Source: Folioceros fuciformis (lineage: Eukaryota). From it: a stretch of DNA of 20,000 nucleotides. The stretch spans positions 179,272 to 199,271 of the forward strand of contig JBNGIO010006079.1 of NCBI GenBank assembly GCA_049999805.1, in the 5' to 3' direction. The notes beneath the pieces are model-generated. The model did not search any database. It was not told where the DNA came from and saw nothing but the letters and a program-made list of their open reading frames with translations. The position numbers and the translations under genes are program-made. Each line of letters opens with the position of its first letter. The stretch's first letter is position 1. Positions 19,283-20,000 of this stretch are shown piece by piece.

Positions 19283-20000
19283 TGTGAAAACTCCTTGTGT
19301 GCTCTTCAGATATGAGGGCGCCAATTACTTCCTCGAGGGTTACCTTCGGTGGCTGGCCAGTTGTGGAGGCAAAACCCCGGGCACTGATTGCCGACGGGTC
19401 CCACCTTTAGTGGCCACACTTATCCCACTGTCGTTGAGACATTGGGTTTCGTTCCCACGAAGGAGCGATGGGGTTCCTTGCTGCTGTGGATGGAGGGTCG
19501 GACTTGATCGACTCGATGACGGATTCGAGGGCTCCCCTCCAGCTCCGATCAGGCGTAGGACAGGCCTCGCTGTCCGGCGGTCAGCTGCACGTCTTTCGGT
19601 GCCCACAAACTCACTCCAGTCACTACAACGACTCTAACCTCTCAGATCTGCGTCTTCCTTCACTCACTTCACTCACTCTCTCGCTCCAGCACCAACACCA
19701 GCAACTACTAGCAACCAGCAACGACACCACTACCTTCTACACTTCCCTACGGACTCCTCCTACCCGGCGAGAGTCACTAGACTAACCCCAAACAAAAGGA
19801 AGAAGGGAACACACTCCCCTCTTGGGTATCTCCTCCCCACAACCTTACCAGACGCCATGAGACATGGTCGGCCTACAGCACTTGACCAAGCAAGGAACAA
19901 GAGTGGATAGGTTGAGAGAAAGACACACCCTTTACAATCAAGAGCTAGGGGCAAGCCCCTACACCCTGGTCATTACACCTTGTGATCCTACCAGACACTA
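19283..20000. mobile_element. Putative LTR/non-coding end of a further retroelement inserted in Copia-2 gag; runs off the window
   Basis: Gag similarity stops at about 19283, where TGTGAAAAC begins. Composition shifts to a C/A-rich plus strand (G/T-rich minus strand, like 16500-17200 on plus). No convincing ORF. Confidence 0.45.

Noticed and set aside
19313-19322. Minus-strand TGGCGCCCTC as a PBS
   Set aside because: No adjacent CA-ending LTR boundary at the expected distance.
19790-19840. Minus-strand purine/pyrimidine segment resembling the three-way-junction motif
   Set aside because: The GAA and GU linkers and the stems do not align convincingly.

Overview
Plant nuclear DNA with two 100-N gaps. 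It is probably from a hornwort or other seed-free land plant, inferred from a WW-type PG box and extra-long L motifs in the PPR gene. The left third is genic: the 3' end of an RNA polymerase I A49/PAF53-like gene, a PLS-class PPR RNA-editing factor with a decayed DYW domain, and a two-exon major LHCII (Lhcb2/LhcbM-like) gene. The right two-thirds is a nested retrotransposon island: a Ty1/Copia element with both LTRs and two extra ORFs, an unclassified LTR-retroelement segment, an older Copia fragment and an LTR-like fragment. Two observations stand out. (1) The mature LHCII has no Met or Cys at all, including at the near-invariant RWAM and GRLAM motifs, and its promoter has EIL/SLIM1-like sites, so it is a candidate sulfur-sparing antenna isoform in a land plant. 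(2) Five copies of a covarying three-way-junction RNA fold lie at 15952-16523.
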